DNA of 20,000 bases, from the NCBI GenBank assembly GCA_963848135.1, contig CAWKCK010000001.1:244175-264174 (forward strand), written 5' to 3'. This document shows positions 8,557-18,469 of the stretch, piece after piece. This DNA comes from an uncultured delta proteobacterium (GTDB taxonomy: Bacteria; Desulfobacterota; Desulfobacteria; Desulfobacterales; SG8-13). Under the pieces are notes generated by a model. The model did no database searches, was not told where the DNA came from, and saw only the letters and a program-made list of their open reading frames with translations. Every line of letters begins with the position of its first letter. The first letter of the stretch is position 1. The position numbers and the translations under genes are program-made.

Positions 8557-8611
8557 AGAATATAGAAGGGATGGTAAGGACCAAAAGATAGTGTCCGCTG
8601 TGTTCTAATAA

Positions 8612-8624
8612 TATCAGTGAGTTA
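8612..8624 (+). promoter_or_regulatory. IHF-binding-site-like motif
   Basis: TATCAGTGAGTTA fits WATCARNNNNTTR. Near-identical TATCAGTAAGTTA at 13354-13366. Confidence 0.4.
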
Positions 8625-8627
8625 CAA

Positions 8628-8705
8628 AATCGATAAAAAACAAAACAAAGTGTCACTCAGTCGGAAATTAAACATGAGTGACACTTTGTTTTGTTTCTAT
8701 CGATT
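8628..8705. repeat. Long inverted repeat (22-bp perfect core, ~31-bp arms, 15-nt loop)
   Basis: AAACAAAACAAAGTGTCACTCA (8638-8659) / TGAGTGACACTTTGTTTTGTTT (8675-8696), extended by AATCGATA/TATCGATT. Confidence 0.8.
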
Positions 8706-8963
8706 CTAACTTTGGACCTTATCCGAGCGGCATTTACGGCGACCACAATGTTGGGGGGCCAAGGATCAAACTTTCGACACAGGTACTTGCAACATATTTT
8801 GGGTTTAATACCCTCTTATTAGATACGGAATCGGCAAACTATCTCAAACTCCATACATCCATTTGAAATTTTAAGAATAATCACGTCGGGAATCCACAAT
8901 ATTGAAATCGATTCTCAAACAACATCCCAAAAATCTTGACAAATTTTGCGCTACCGCATTAAT

Positions 8964-9314
8964 AATTATGGATCATCTCCAAAAAAGTTGGTGGTTTTTG
9001 CGGGTAAATGATTCATCATATTATTAGAATAAAACCATAAATTAGCCGCAGACACACGCTGACATAACGCAGACAAACCCTTTTTACCCGGGCGACTTGC
9101 CCGGGCAAAATATGCATGCCTTTCAGGCAGAAAAGCAGATGGCCTCGCGCAGCGACTGCTTGTTTTACCTCCGCAGGTCGCGGAGGCAAAAGTCTGTGTC
9201 CGTCAGCGTCTGTCGAGCGAGCGCAGTGAGCGGGCGGCCAATTTAAAAACGCTATGATCCATGCATTAGCTTCGCATCAATTTACACCAACTAAATCGGA
9301 GAAGAACCATAATT
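8964..9314. repeat. MITE-like/structured non-coding element with nested inverted repeats
   Basis: Outer imperfect IR AATTATGGATCATCTCC-N5-AGTTGGTG / CACCAACT-N5-GGAGAAGAACCATAATT. Inner GC-rich multibranch structure 9038-9245. Confidence 0.55.
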
Positions 9315-9424
9315 TTAACTCACATCGCGCCCGAAGCTGACCTGCCGTATTTCGTTGCATTCCTTTTCGAGCAGCTCCCCCACCGCCAATTCAAATATGA
9401 TCGCTTGTAGTTTGGAGGTCTCTT

Positions 9425-11348
9425 ATGGCTGATGAGGACTACAAACGCAAACTTACCGCCATCCTCAGTGCTGACGTCGCTGGCTACAGCCGCCTCATGG
9501 GTGATGATGAGACGGCAACTGTCAGCACCCTCAAATCACATCGCAACATTTTTTACGAAAAAGTTCAGGCATTCAACGGGCGAGTTGTGGATTCCCCAGG
9601 TGATAATATATTAGCGGAATTTAGAAGCATCGTGGATGCGGTCTCTTGTGCGGTGGAAATCCAGCACGTGCTCAGAGAACAGAACGAGAAACTCTCAGAA
9701 GACCGCAAAATGGACTTCAGAATCGGTGTCAATCTCGGCGATGTAATCCATGATGAGGATCGAATCTATGGCGACGGTGTGAACATTGCCGCAAGGGTCG
9801 AAGGGTTGGCAGATCCGGGTGGCATTGCAATCTCAGGAACCGCTTTCGACAATGTCAGAAATAAACTCGATTTTGGTTATCAATTTTCAGGAGAGCACGC
9901 CGTTAAGAATATTGTCAACCCTGTAAGGGTATATAAAGTATTAACGGAGCCGGAATTTGCTGGAAAGGTTATTGGGGAAAAGCGTTTTTTAGGATGGATG
10001 TCACGCAAACTGGCTATGTCGGCTATTTTGGCATCAGCCATAATAATTGGCGGGTTGGTTTCATACTACATCTACCTTCATCAATCCGGAAGAATAGAGC
10101 CTGCATCGATAGAAAAGATGGCGTTTCCATTACCGGATGAACCTTCTATTGCCGTTTTGCCGTTTGACAATATGAGTAAAGATCCTGAGGAAGAATACTT
10201 CAGTGATGGTATAACAGAACAAATTATAACCTCACTTTCAAATGCACCCTACCTGTTCGTCATTGCACGAAACTCCTCCTTTGCCTATAAAAATAAACCA
10301 ACAAAAGTCCAACAAATCGCTGAAGAGCTTGGAGTTCAATATTTACTTGAGGGAAGTGTATCGAGGTCTGATGATCGTGTGCGAATAACAGCTCAGCTAA
10401 TTGATGCGCTTACAGGACGCCATCTATGGGCTGAAACCTATGATCGAAAAGGTAAAGATATTTTTAAAATTTATGACGAAATCACGATGAAAATAGTAGC
10501 AGAACTTCAAGTGGAGCTATCAGAAGCAGATCTCGGTCGGTCGATTTCAGTAAAAACAAATAACCTCAAAGCATATGAAAAATATTTGAGAGGCCGAAAA
10601 CACCTTTCTGTCAGAACAGTGGGTGATACGCTCGAAGCTCCAAATTAGGCCAAGAGGCGATTGAATTAGATCCTAAGTATGGAGCCGCTTACCAGTTACT
10701 TGCCAGAACGTATCTTGACGAAATTTTTTTCCATCGAGTTTCATCGAGGGATGAATTCCTTGAAAAAACGGAAGACTTAATCGATAAATCAATCGAATTT
10801 AGCGGCAAGGATTCTCAAACCCATGAGTTGCTTTGTACTCTATTTTTCTTTAAAAAAAATTTTGCTCAAGCCATTGTAGAGGGCCAAAAAGCTATCGACC
10901 TAAACCCCAACTCTGCCCATTCTCATTTTATTTACGGGATGATTCTGGGGCTGTCCGGAAGGCATGACGAGGCTATTCCGGTTTTGAAAAAGGCCATTCG
11001 GTTAAATCCTGTTGCACCGATAGCTTATCTTAATCATTTAGCCTTTGCTTATACATATAAAGAGCAATATGAAAAAGCGATACCTTTATGGAAACAAACG
11101 CTCGAACGCAACCCTGATTACTATTTGCCCATATGGGTTTGACAGTTGCATATCAGCTTTCGGGTCAACCGGATAAGGCCCGTGAGTCTGCCGCTGAATT
11201 AATTCGCGTAAAACCAGGATTATCAGTATCGGTCCTCGAAAAACGAGCTATCCAACAACACAAGGAAAGCAGAGAGCTATTTTTCAAAGGTTTGCGCGGA
11301 GCCGGACTTCCTGAATACAGATCAGACAAAACTGTAAAGAATCCATGA
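9425..11348 (+). CDS. Class III cyclase-TM-TolB_N-TPR protein (~640 aa when joined), split by two apparent 1-nt deletions near 10640 and 11126
   Basis: GGAGG RBS; SADVAGYSRLM, VVDSPGDN, RIYGDGVNIAARVE; hydrophobic LAMSAILASAIIIGGLVSYYIYL; PSIAVLPFDNMS. After a shift at ~10640 the frame reads KLGQEAIELDPKYGAAYQLLA into ORF 10828-11142, then ORF 11133-11348 (TPRs; ends GLRGAGLPE, like LRKAGIP in the paralog). Confidence 0.85.
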
Positions 11349-11411
11349 TAGATAAGGCGAGAAACATAAGACGTCTATTACTTTCAATATTCACAAGAAA
11401 GGAGGTAACTG

Positions 11412-11846
11412 GTGAGAAGAATCCTATTTGCGAGTTCCATTCTTTCTGTTTTAGTGCTCCTCATTTCATGCGGCACCCCGTTGGAACAGTATCAACCAAA
11501 AAACGAAACCGAGAAAGAGTTAACAGAGACCTTGTTGAGACACGCTAATGCGAGAGTTTCCGGTGATGCAGATAAGATTTTGGCTGGTTTTCACGATAAT
11601 TGCCAAGTTAGTCTGCGACCTAATGTTATGCTATCCAAACAACAATTATCAGAACTTAAAGCCGATGACTGGACTTATGATGGAAAGGTATATTTTTCCG
11701 ATCCAAAATTTGATATTGAAGGAGATAAAGCCATAGTAAACCTAAAGTTAAATGTTGGCGTTGCTGGTAACAGAAATAGCCACTACACAATGGTTAAGGA
11801 AAATGATGAGTGGTTAATATCTAATGTCGTTATTGACAATTATTAA
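11412..11846 (+). CDS. Putative lipoprotein, probably NTF2/SnoaL-like fold, 144 aa
   Basis: GGAGG RBS, GTG start; signal peptide with lipobox LIS-C; helix then GDADKILAGFHDN; C-terminal MVKENDEWLISN typical of NTF2-like domains. Confidence 0.7.
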   Translation: MRRILFASSILSVLVLLISCGTPLEQYQPKNETEKELTETLLRHANARVSGDADKILAGFHDNCQVSLRPNVMLSKQQLSELKADDWTYDGKVYFSDPKFDIEGDKAIVNLKLNVGVAGNRNSHYTMVKENDEWLISNVVIDNY

Positions 11847-12279
11847 ATTTCGCACGGATACAGAAGTAAAATACTGCAATAATTTGAATGGAAGATTTTC
11901 ATAATGTGTTGTCAGCTGTTATGGTATTTGAGCCATTTCAGGCCGGTTTCCTTGAGATAGCCATGCCGTCTCATAATAATTAGGGTAATGACTGAGAGTT
12001 ACGGTTATCGCAAGATAGGTTTAACGATACACCCCTCTGTAGCATTGCATATTTGTCGTAATTTGAATATGCGTATATTGGGAAAAACTGAACCGACACT
12101 TATTCTGGCGCTACAAAACGACCTACCTTTTCGAATCTTATTGAGATAATTATCATCCACTCCCCACTTGTTGTTGTTCGCTTAAACTGGCCTCCTACTT
12201 TTCTTGAGTAAAAACTTGTAATTCTCATTTCGTTAATTCAGGAATCTTTGGATAAATTGATTGTGGAGGTAGGTAACAA

Positions 12280-12720
12280 GTGAAAAAAATCATATTTATC
12301 ATTTTAGTTCTTTCCTTCGTTTCCGTTTTCAACTCGTGCGACACGCCATTAAATGAATACAAAACTAAAAATGAAGAAGAAAAACAGATTATTGCCCTAT
12401 TAAATACTTATGTTGATTCACGCAATAGAGGTGACATAGATGGTCTTGAATCAGTATTCAATAACATTGGGATATACACTTCTGAAGGTGGTGAACAAAT
12501 CTCAAAAAGCCGATTTAAAGAAACCAAATCTGAATGGTGGATAAAAGATGGAGAACTGAAACTATTTAATCCTGACATAAATATCAAAGTCAATAATGCT
12601 ACGGTTTTAGTTCGAGTCAAAAGAGTAAATGTTAAAACACCTAATTTGACTTTTATACCTGATCAATATGTCACCCTAACTAAAGAAAATAACAATTGGC
12701 TAATTACAAAGATCGAATGA
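12280..12720 (+). CDS. Putative lipoprotein, probably NTF2/SnoaL-like fold, 146 aa; paralog of 11412-11846
   Basis: Signal peptide ending FNS-C; shared C-[GD]-TPLxxYxxKNExEK; GDIDGLESVF; LTKENNNWLITKIE. Confidence 0.7.
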   Translation: MKKIIFIILVLSFVSVFNSCDTPLNEYKTKNEEEKQIIALLNTYVDSRNRGDIDGLESVFNNIGIYTSEGGEQISKSRFKETKSEWWIKDGELKLFNPDINIKVNNATVLVRVKRVNVKTPNLTFIPDQYVTLTKENNNWLITKIE

Positions 12721-12764
12721 TTTATTGGAAACGAAAGAAAAAACCAAAATTGGGAGGTAGATAG

Positions 12765-13052
12765 ATGTCCTATCATAATTATCGAAACTCATCATGCCGA
12801 AACAACCGTGTCCTTCTGGCAATGCTTGTTTTTATCGGCATAACTGTCGTAATTGCAAAGAATCTTGTCGATTTAGCCCAGTTGGTAGGCAGGAAGGACT
12901 GGGATAAACCCAGAAAGGACGCCCTTATCTTTAAAATCAAAGATGAAATGGTAAAGCAGTGCGTGGCGAAAATCCATGACATTGATCATGACTTTGAACT
13001 GATTATTGGAAAGCCACTTGATTTAACCATTGAGTCGGAACAAAAGGATTAA
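12765..13052 (+). CDS. Small hypothetical protein with one hydrophobic segment, 95 aa
   Basis: GGGAGG RBS upstream of the ATG; VLLAMLVFIGITVVIA segment; no recognised family. Confidence 0.45.
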   Translation: MSYHNYRNSSCRNNRVLLAMLVFIGITVVIAKNLVDLAQLVGRKDWDKPRKDALIFKIKDEMVKQCVAKIHDIDHDFELIIGKPLDLTIESEQKD

Positions 13053-13314
13053 ATTGTTACCAAAAATTTAAATTATTGCGCTTGCTCCTATCATGCATAT
13101 TTGCATACGGAATCCTAAAATCTCCAAGCCACCTAATTATTAAGGATCTATGCGAAGTTAAATCGATTGCATTAAACAGCTACATCTATCATCAACCAAG
13201 GTAACCGTTTATTCAGCGCATAAAATCATATTACGACATTCATATTTATCCCACGTTTAATCTTACCAAGTGTTTTACACTATCATGCACACCAAGATTG
13301 AATCTGATATGATA

Positions 13315-13343
13315 TTGACGATATATGTAACTTATGGTATAAA
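13315..13343 (+). promoter_or_regulatory. Candidate sigma70 promoter upstream of the BREX operon
   Basis: TTGACG-N17-TATAAA with TG extended -10; overlapped by an 11-bp imperfect inverted repeat (13324-13334/13360-13370). Confidence 0.55.
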
Positions 13344-13638
13344 GATTTAAATATATCAGTAAGTTATATAAAGAATTGCAGGCTGTATCACTCAAGAACA
13401 AAGGATGCTCTTAAATAAGGCATCCTCTGTAGGAATAATATGTGAGTGGTGATGGCTTATTATCCGCAGCGCATCACAATAATATTGCGCAATTTGTTGA
13501 CATCAGGCCAATGCAGCGCAGGATGCACTTTTGATGCATCCAACGAAAAATGATTCCCGCTGTGTACCCTATGACAATGTAAAATGTTAGCATCAAAGAA
13601 AATTAAAGAGATTGCGGGTTCTAATCTGAAAGATACAG

Positions 13639-14253
13639 ATGCAAACGAAACAATAACCTAACAATTTACGCAGGAGATATCGTTGCCGGATCGCTGCTTA
13701 ATAACCGGAAAGCCGAAAAATTGCGGGATTATTATTAAAAAGAGTAAATGATGATGCATGGCATAAAGCCATTGTGATAGACAATATCCTTCAAAAACGC
13801 AGTCCAGTAGCAGCGAAAAGGCAAGCACGATTGATTAAAAACAGGTTAATCCTGATGAAACCCGATCTGTGGGATCTGGTCCATAAGGGTAAAAGCGAGG
13901 TATCTATTCAGGCGCTGTTAGCTGCAGCAATAAAACACAGCAGACTTCTTGGAGATTTTATGAACCAGGTTGTCCATGAAAACTGGAGAACGTTTAAACC
14001 AAAGATAAATGTGAAGGACTGGAAATATTTCTTTGAAACTTGCAGCCAAGCTGATCCACAGATGCTTGAATGGACAGAATCAACTCAAAAAAAGCTTAAA
14101 CAGATCATATTTCGGATTTTAGCTGAATCCAATTACATCGATACCACACGATCCAGGCAGCTTCAGTCCGTAACCGTATTACCAGAAATCAAAAAATATT
14201 TAACGGATAATTCAGAAAGGTATGTTTTAAGCTGCATGGAGGCAACACAATAG
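13639..14253 (+). CDS. brxA: BREX type 1 BrxA (DUF1819); 5' end frameshifted, start approximate
   Basis: Upstream of ORF 13774 the sequence encodes IYAGDIVAGSLL / ESRKIAGLLL...W...I.DNILQKRSP; also SRLLGDFM, WTESTQKKLKQIIFRILAESNYI. Lies directly before brxB. Confidence 0.85.
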
Positions 14254-14267
14254 AAAAGGGATCGCCT

Positions 14268-14840
14268 ATGCTTTCTTTTAAGGAACGCTTGGACAAGGTC
14301 ATTGATCGTTTAATATCCCGAGAACTGCTTAGCAATGAAGGTCTGGGCAACGAAATCGGGTTTTATATTTTTGATTATCCCCCTGAATTTGAACTGGAGG
14401 TCAGAGATCATATCCAGTTCATCATTCGCCAACTCCCCAAAAAGAAACCAAATCTTAAATTCGTACACATCAATCTTTTTCAACTCATCTGCAATTACCT
14501 GAAAAATCGTAAGCTTCTGGACCGTGCTCTTGAAATTCAACAGCAAAAAGGTGACCTGGCGCTTCTAAAAGCACTGAAAGGACCATTGGATGCAAAAAGA
14601 ATCGCCGGTGCCTTTATTGAAGAGGCAAAACCTGATGAGAACGATCTCGTTCTGGTTTCCGGAGTGGGAAACGCTTATCCGCTGTTAAGAAGCCATAACC
14701 TGCTGAACAACCTACACTCACTCATGGGAGATACCCCCCTGGTAATGTTCTATCCAGGAATTTACACCGGTCAGGGATTGAGGTTGTTCGGCAAGCTGAA
14801 AGAAACCAATTATTATAGAGCGTTCCAATTGGTCGTATAG
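14268..14840 (+). CDS. brxB: BREX BrxB (DUF1788), 190 aa
   Basis: GLGNEIGFYIFDYPPE, GVGNAYPLLRSHNLLNNL, PLVMFYPGIYTGQGLRLFG, NYYRAF. Confidence 0.93.
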   Translation: MLSFKERLDKVIDRLISRELLSNEGLGNEIGFYIFDYPPEFELEVRDHIQFIIRQLPKKKPNLKFVHINLFQLICNYLKNRKLLDRALEIQQQKGDLALLKALKGPLDAKRIAGAFIEEAKPDENDLVLVSGVGNAYPLLRSHNLLNNLHSLMGDTPLVMFYPGIYTGQGLRLFGKLKETNYYRAFQLVV

Positions 14841-14876
14841 TTAACAGTCTGATAATATTACATCAAGGGAACTATC

Positions 14877-17800
14877 ATGCAGATCAAAGACATTTTCACA
14901 AAAGACATCTCACGACCCATTAATGGCGTTGTTAAAGCTGATCAGTTGGACGAAGCCATTGTATGGCAGGAACTGGATGAATACGTCGTTACACGTGAAT
15001 TGGACCAACATCTACGAAAGTTCATATCAGCTTATCTGACTGCAATTGATAACGCCCATGATCCTGTCATAACGAGCCGGATTGGTGTCTGGGTGTCTGG
15101 TTTTTTTGGATCAGGAAAGTCTCACTTTATCAAGATCCTGTCCTATCTGCTTGGTAACCGCAATACCATCAACCCTGAATCGACCGCTGAAAAGAAGGCA
15201 ATAGATTTCTTTAAAGATAAAATAAAAGACCCCATGCTGCTTGGAGATTTACAGCGTGTTGCCGGTGTCGATACCGATATCATCTTATTCAATATCGACA
15301 GTAAGGCAGATTCCAATGATGGACGATCAGCTGTCCTATCCACCTTCTGGCGTGTATTCAATGAGAGCCAGGGATTCTGTGGTGAATACCTGCATTTGGC
15401 GGAAATAGAGAGATATCTGACCAAAAAAGGAAAGTACGATGAGTTTAAGGATAAATTCTTTGAAACCCATGGCTCCAAATGGGAGATCAGAAAGGGATGC
15501 TTATGCGCTTCATCAGGATGAGATCGTTGAAATCCTATCCGGTGTTTTAGGGAAAAGCACCCAGGCTACAAGCGATTGGTTTGAAAAGTCTGAACAAGAT
15601 TTCAATCTTACCGTTGAGAATTTTGCAAAGCGGATAAAAGAATATCTGGATTCCTGCTCAAAAAATCATCGGATCGTTTTTCTGGTTGATGAAATAGGTC
15701 AATTCATCGGTAGCGATACTCATCTGATGTTGAATCTACAGACCATTGTGGAGGATTTGGGGCGTATCTGTAATGGTCAAGTCTGGGTATTGGTAACGTC
15801 CCAGGAGGATATTGATGCGATACTCGGGGACATAAAAGCATCCAAAGCAAATGATTTTTCCAAGATTCAGGGGCGCTTTAATACAAGACTATCCTTGTCC
15901 AGTTCCAATACGGATGAGGTTATTCAAGCTCGACTCCTTGAAAAAACGGAAGATGCGGAAAGCGAGCTCGATGATTTGTTTAAGGAGAAAGGTGATATCC
16001 TAAAGAGTCAGCTCAGTTTTTCTCATGACAGCACCACCTTGAAAAATTTCAGTGACTCAAAGACCTTTAAAACCAACTACCCTTTCACACCGTTTCATTT
16101 TCAGCTTGTACAAAATATCTTTGAATCCATCCGTAAAGCTGGCGCTACTGGTTTACATCTGGCTCGTGGTGAGCGTTCTATGCTCGATGCTTTTCAATCT
16201 GCCGCTATCAGTCTTTCATCCAAAAAACCGGTGCACTGGTTCCATTGCATGAATTTTTTCCCTGTATTGAAAATTTTCTGGATACAGCGGTCATGCTCAG
16301 TATCAATAACGCCAAGGACAATTCCAGTTTAGAAATGCCCTTTGATCTTCATTTGCTCCAAACATTGTTCCTGATCCGGTATGTGGAGTTGATAAAACCC
16401 AATGTGGATAATCTGGTGACCCTTTGCATCGACCAGGTGGATGCTGATCGGATAAGTATAAAAGAAAAGATTGAATTATCCCTTGAGCGTCTTGAAAAAC
16501 AGAACCTTATCAACCGCAATGGCGACCTTTATTTTTTCCTGACCAATGATGAACGGGAAGTCTCGCGAGAGATTAAAAATGTGGCAATACCGTCTGCTGC
16601 TGAATCTCAGCTTTTAGGCGAGATCATTTTTGATGACATTCTGAAAGGCAAGACCAAGCATCGCTACATGCCCTATAAAAACGATTACCCTTTTAACCGT
16701 ATTTGCGATGATCGTATCTGGGGCAAAGAGTTGAAGGATGAATTGGGTCTTGAGATTATCAGTCCTCTGCATGACGAATACAATTTGTTTTTTTCGGCAA
16801 AATGCAATCTGTACAGCGCCAATAAAACGGTCATATCATAGCCAAACTTCCAGACGATAAGGATTTGATTACTGAAATTCGCATCTATCTCCAGACGGAT
16901 AAATACATAAATGATAAAAGCAGTGCCTCTGCTTCTGACAATCTTAAGAAGATTCTAAGCGACAGGGCTACTGAAAATCGAAGCCGAAGAGACCGTCTGA
17001 CTGAAATGGTGGATACAATGCTTACCCAAGCTGAATATTATGCTTTGGGTAAGGGACTCGAAATAAAAGGAGCAAACCACCTCAAAAGTTTTGGATGAAG
17101 CTTTTGACCACCTGATCCAGAATGTTTTCAGCAAATACAGCTATCTGACCAAACAATTTGATGAACCACTCAAGGAAATCAAACAGATCCTTCAGTCTGA
17201 TGATATCGCCCAGCAACAGCTAATGATGGATTTCGAGAAAGCTGAACCTTCAGATATAAAGGAAATCAGAACCTTCATTGAGCTTAAAACAGCCAGTAAC
17301 CAGCCAATCATCCTATCGGATCTTGTACATCATTTTGCTAAGCGTCCATATGGATGGGGAGATCTACAGGTTGTTGTTCTAATAGCTAAGCTGTTTATGT
17401 CGGGAAGTATCAACCTGGCTATGGATGGTTCCAAGCTTAAACCCAAGGACGCCATCGCCCCACTGACCAAGACACCGCAGTGGAAGAATGTGAAAATCAT
17501 TAAACGCACTAACCTCTCCAAAGCTGATACCCAGAAAGCACAGACTCTGGCTAAAGAATTATTTGGTTCCATTGCACCGGATGGTCAGGACCAGTTAGCC
17601 CAGTTTATTAGAGATGGTCTGAATAAATGGGTTCAAACACTTGAGAAATTCAAACCCCTTGCGGACACGGGAAATTATCCTGGCAAAAAAGAGATAGATG
17701 ATTGTCTGGCTACGGCAAACAATCTTGTGAAGATTCATGATTCCTATGAACTTGCTAAAGAGTTCAACGCTAAAAAAGAGGATCTTAAAGATACCTCCGA

Positions 17801-18440
17801 TGATCTTTATGAATTGAAGGATTTTTATACGAATCAAAAAGGAACCTGGGAAACCTTGCGAAGTGCGATGGACAGATTCAAGCCTAACCAGAATGCTTTG
17901 GAAAAGGATTTAGATGCTGGCAAGGCAATGCAAAGGATGTCTCAGATATTGAGTGCTCCCAGTCCCTACGGAATGCTAAAGGATGTAAATGACCTCGTAT
18001 CGAAAGTTGAGACTGTAAATAATACCTTGATCGAGGAAAAACGGAAATCTGCAACTCAAGAGGTCGAAAATAAAATTGGCCAAATTTCCACCTTGCTGAA
18101 GGATCACAAAGCTGATCCGGATTTCAGCAATAAATCATTGTATCCACTGCAGGAAATCAAAAAGAAGATCCTGACTGAATACAGCATCCCCCAGATCATT
18201 ACATATAGTGTAAATGACGCCCAGGAATTGTTTGAGGAAGCATTGGAATCCATTGAGGATGCTTTCAAACCTCCGAAAGAACCGGGTCAAAAAACCAAAC
18301 CAATCAAAACAATTAAACCGGCAAATCTGAAGCAGAAAGCTTATCTGGAAACTGTGGAGGATGTGGATGATTTTGTAAATAAAGTTAAAGATTCCCTCTT
18401 GGAAGCATTGAAGAATAATGTCCGAATTAGAATTGAGTAA
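14877..18440 (+). CDS. brxC: BREX P-loop ATPase BrxC (~1190 aa joined), split into five ORFs by indels near 15485, 16225, 16827 and 17080
   Basis: IFTKDISRPINGVVK, Walker A VWVSGFFGSGKSHF, LFNIDSK, Walker B IVFLVDEIGQF, VTSQE, FSKIQGRF, GERSML, YFFLTNDE, PYGW. Confidence 0.92.
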
Positions 18441-18469
18441 GCGGAAATCAACATCATAAAGGGTGATGG

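Noticed and set aside
8678..8866. 62-aa ORF
   Set aside because: It starts inside the long hairpin, has no RBS and no recognisable features.
8936..8966. TTGACA as a promoter driving the structured element or cyclase 2
   Set aside because: No convincing -10 hexamer at 16-18 nt spacing.
9038..9245. Multibranch structure as a tRNA, tmRNA or known riboswitch
   Set aside because: No T-loop or D-loop consensus, no CCA end, wrong size, and no riboswitch consensus I can recognise.
4376..11348. Cyclases as a Pycsar or CBASS defence system
   Set aside because: The architecture is cyclase-TolB_N-TPR, with no adjacent cNMP-binding TIR or TM effector and no CD-NTase motifs.
14877..18440. brxC fragments as separate genes or programmed frameshifting
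   Set aside because: The pieces are collinear parts of one BrxC, and similar indels occur across unrelated genes in the window.
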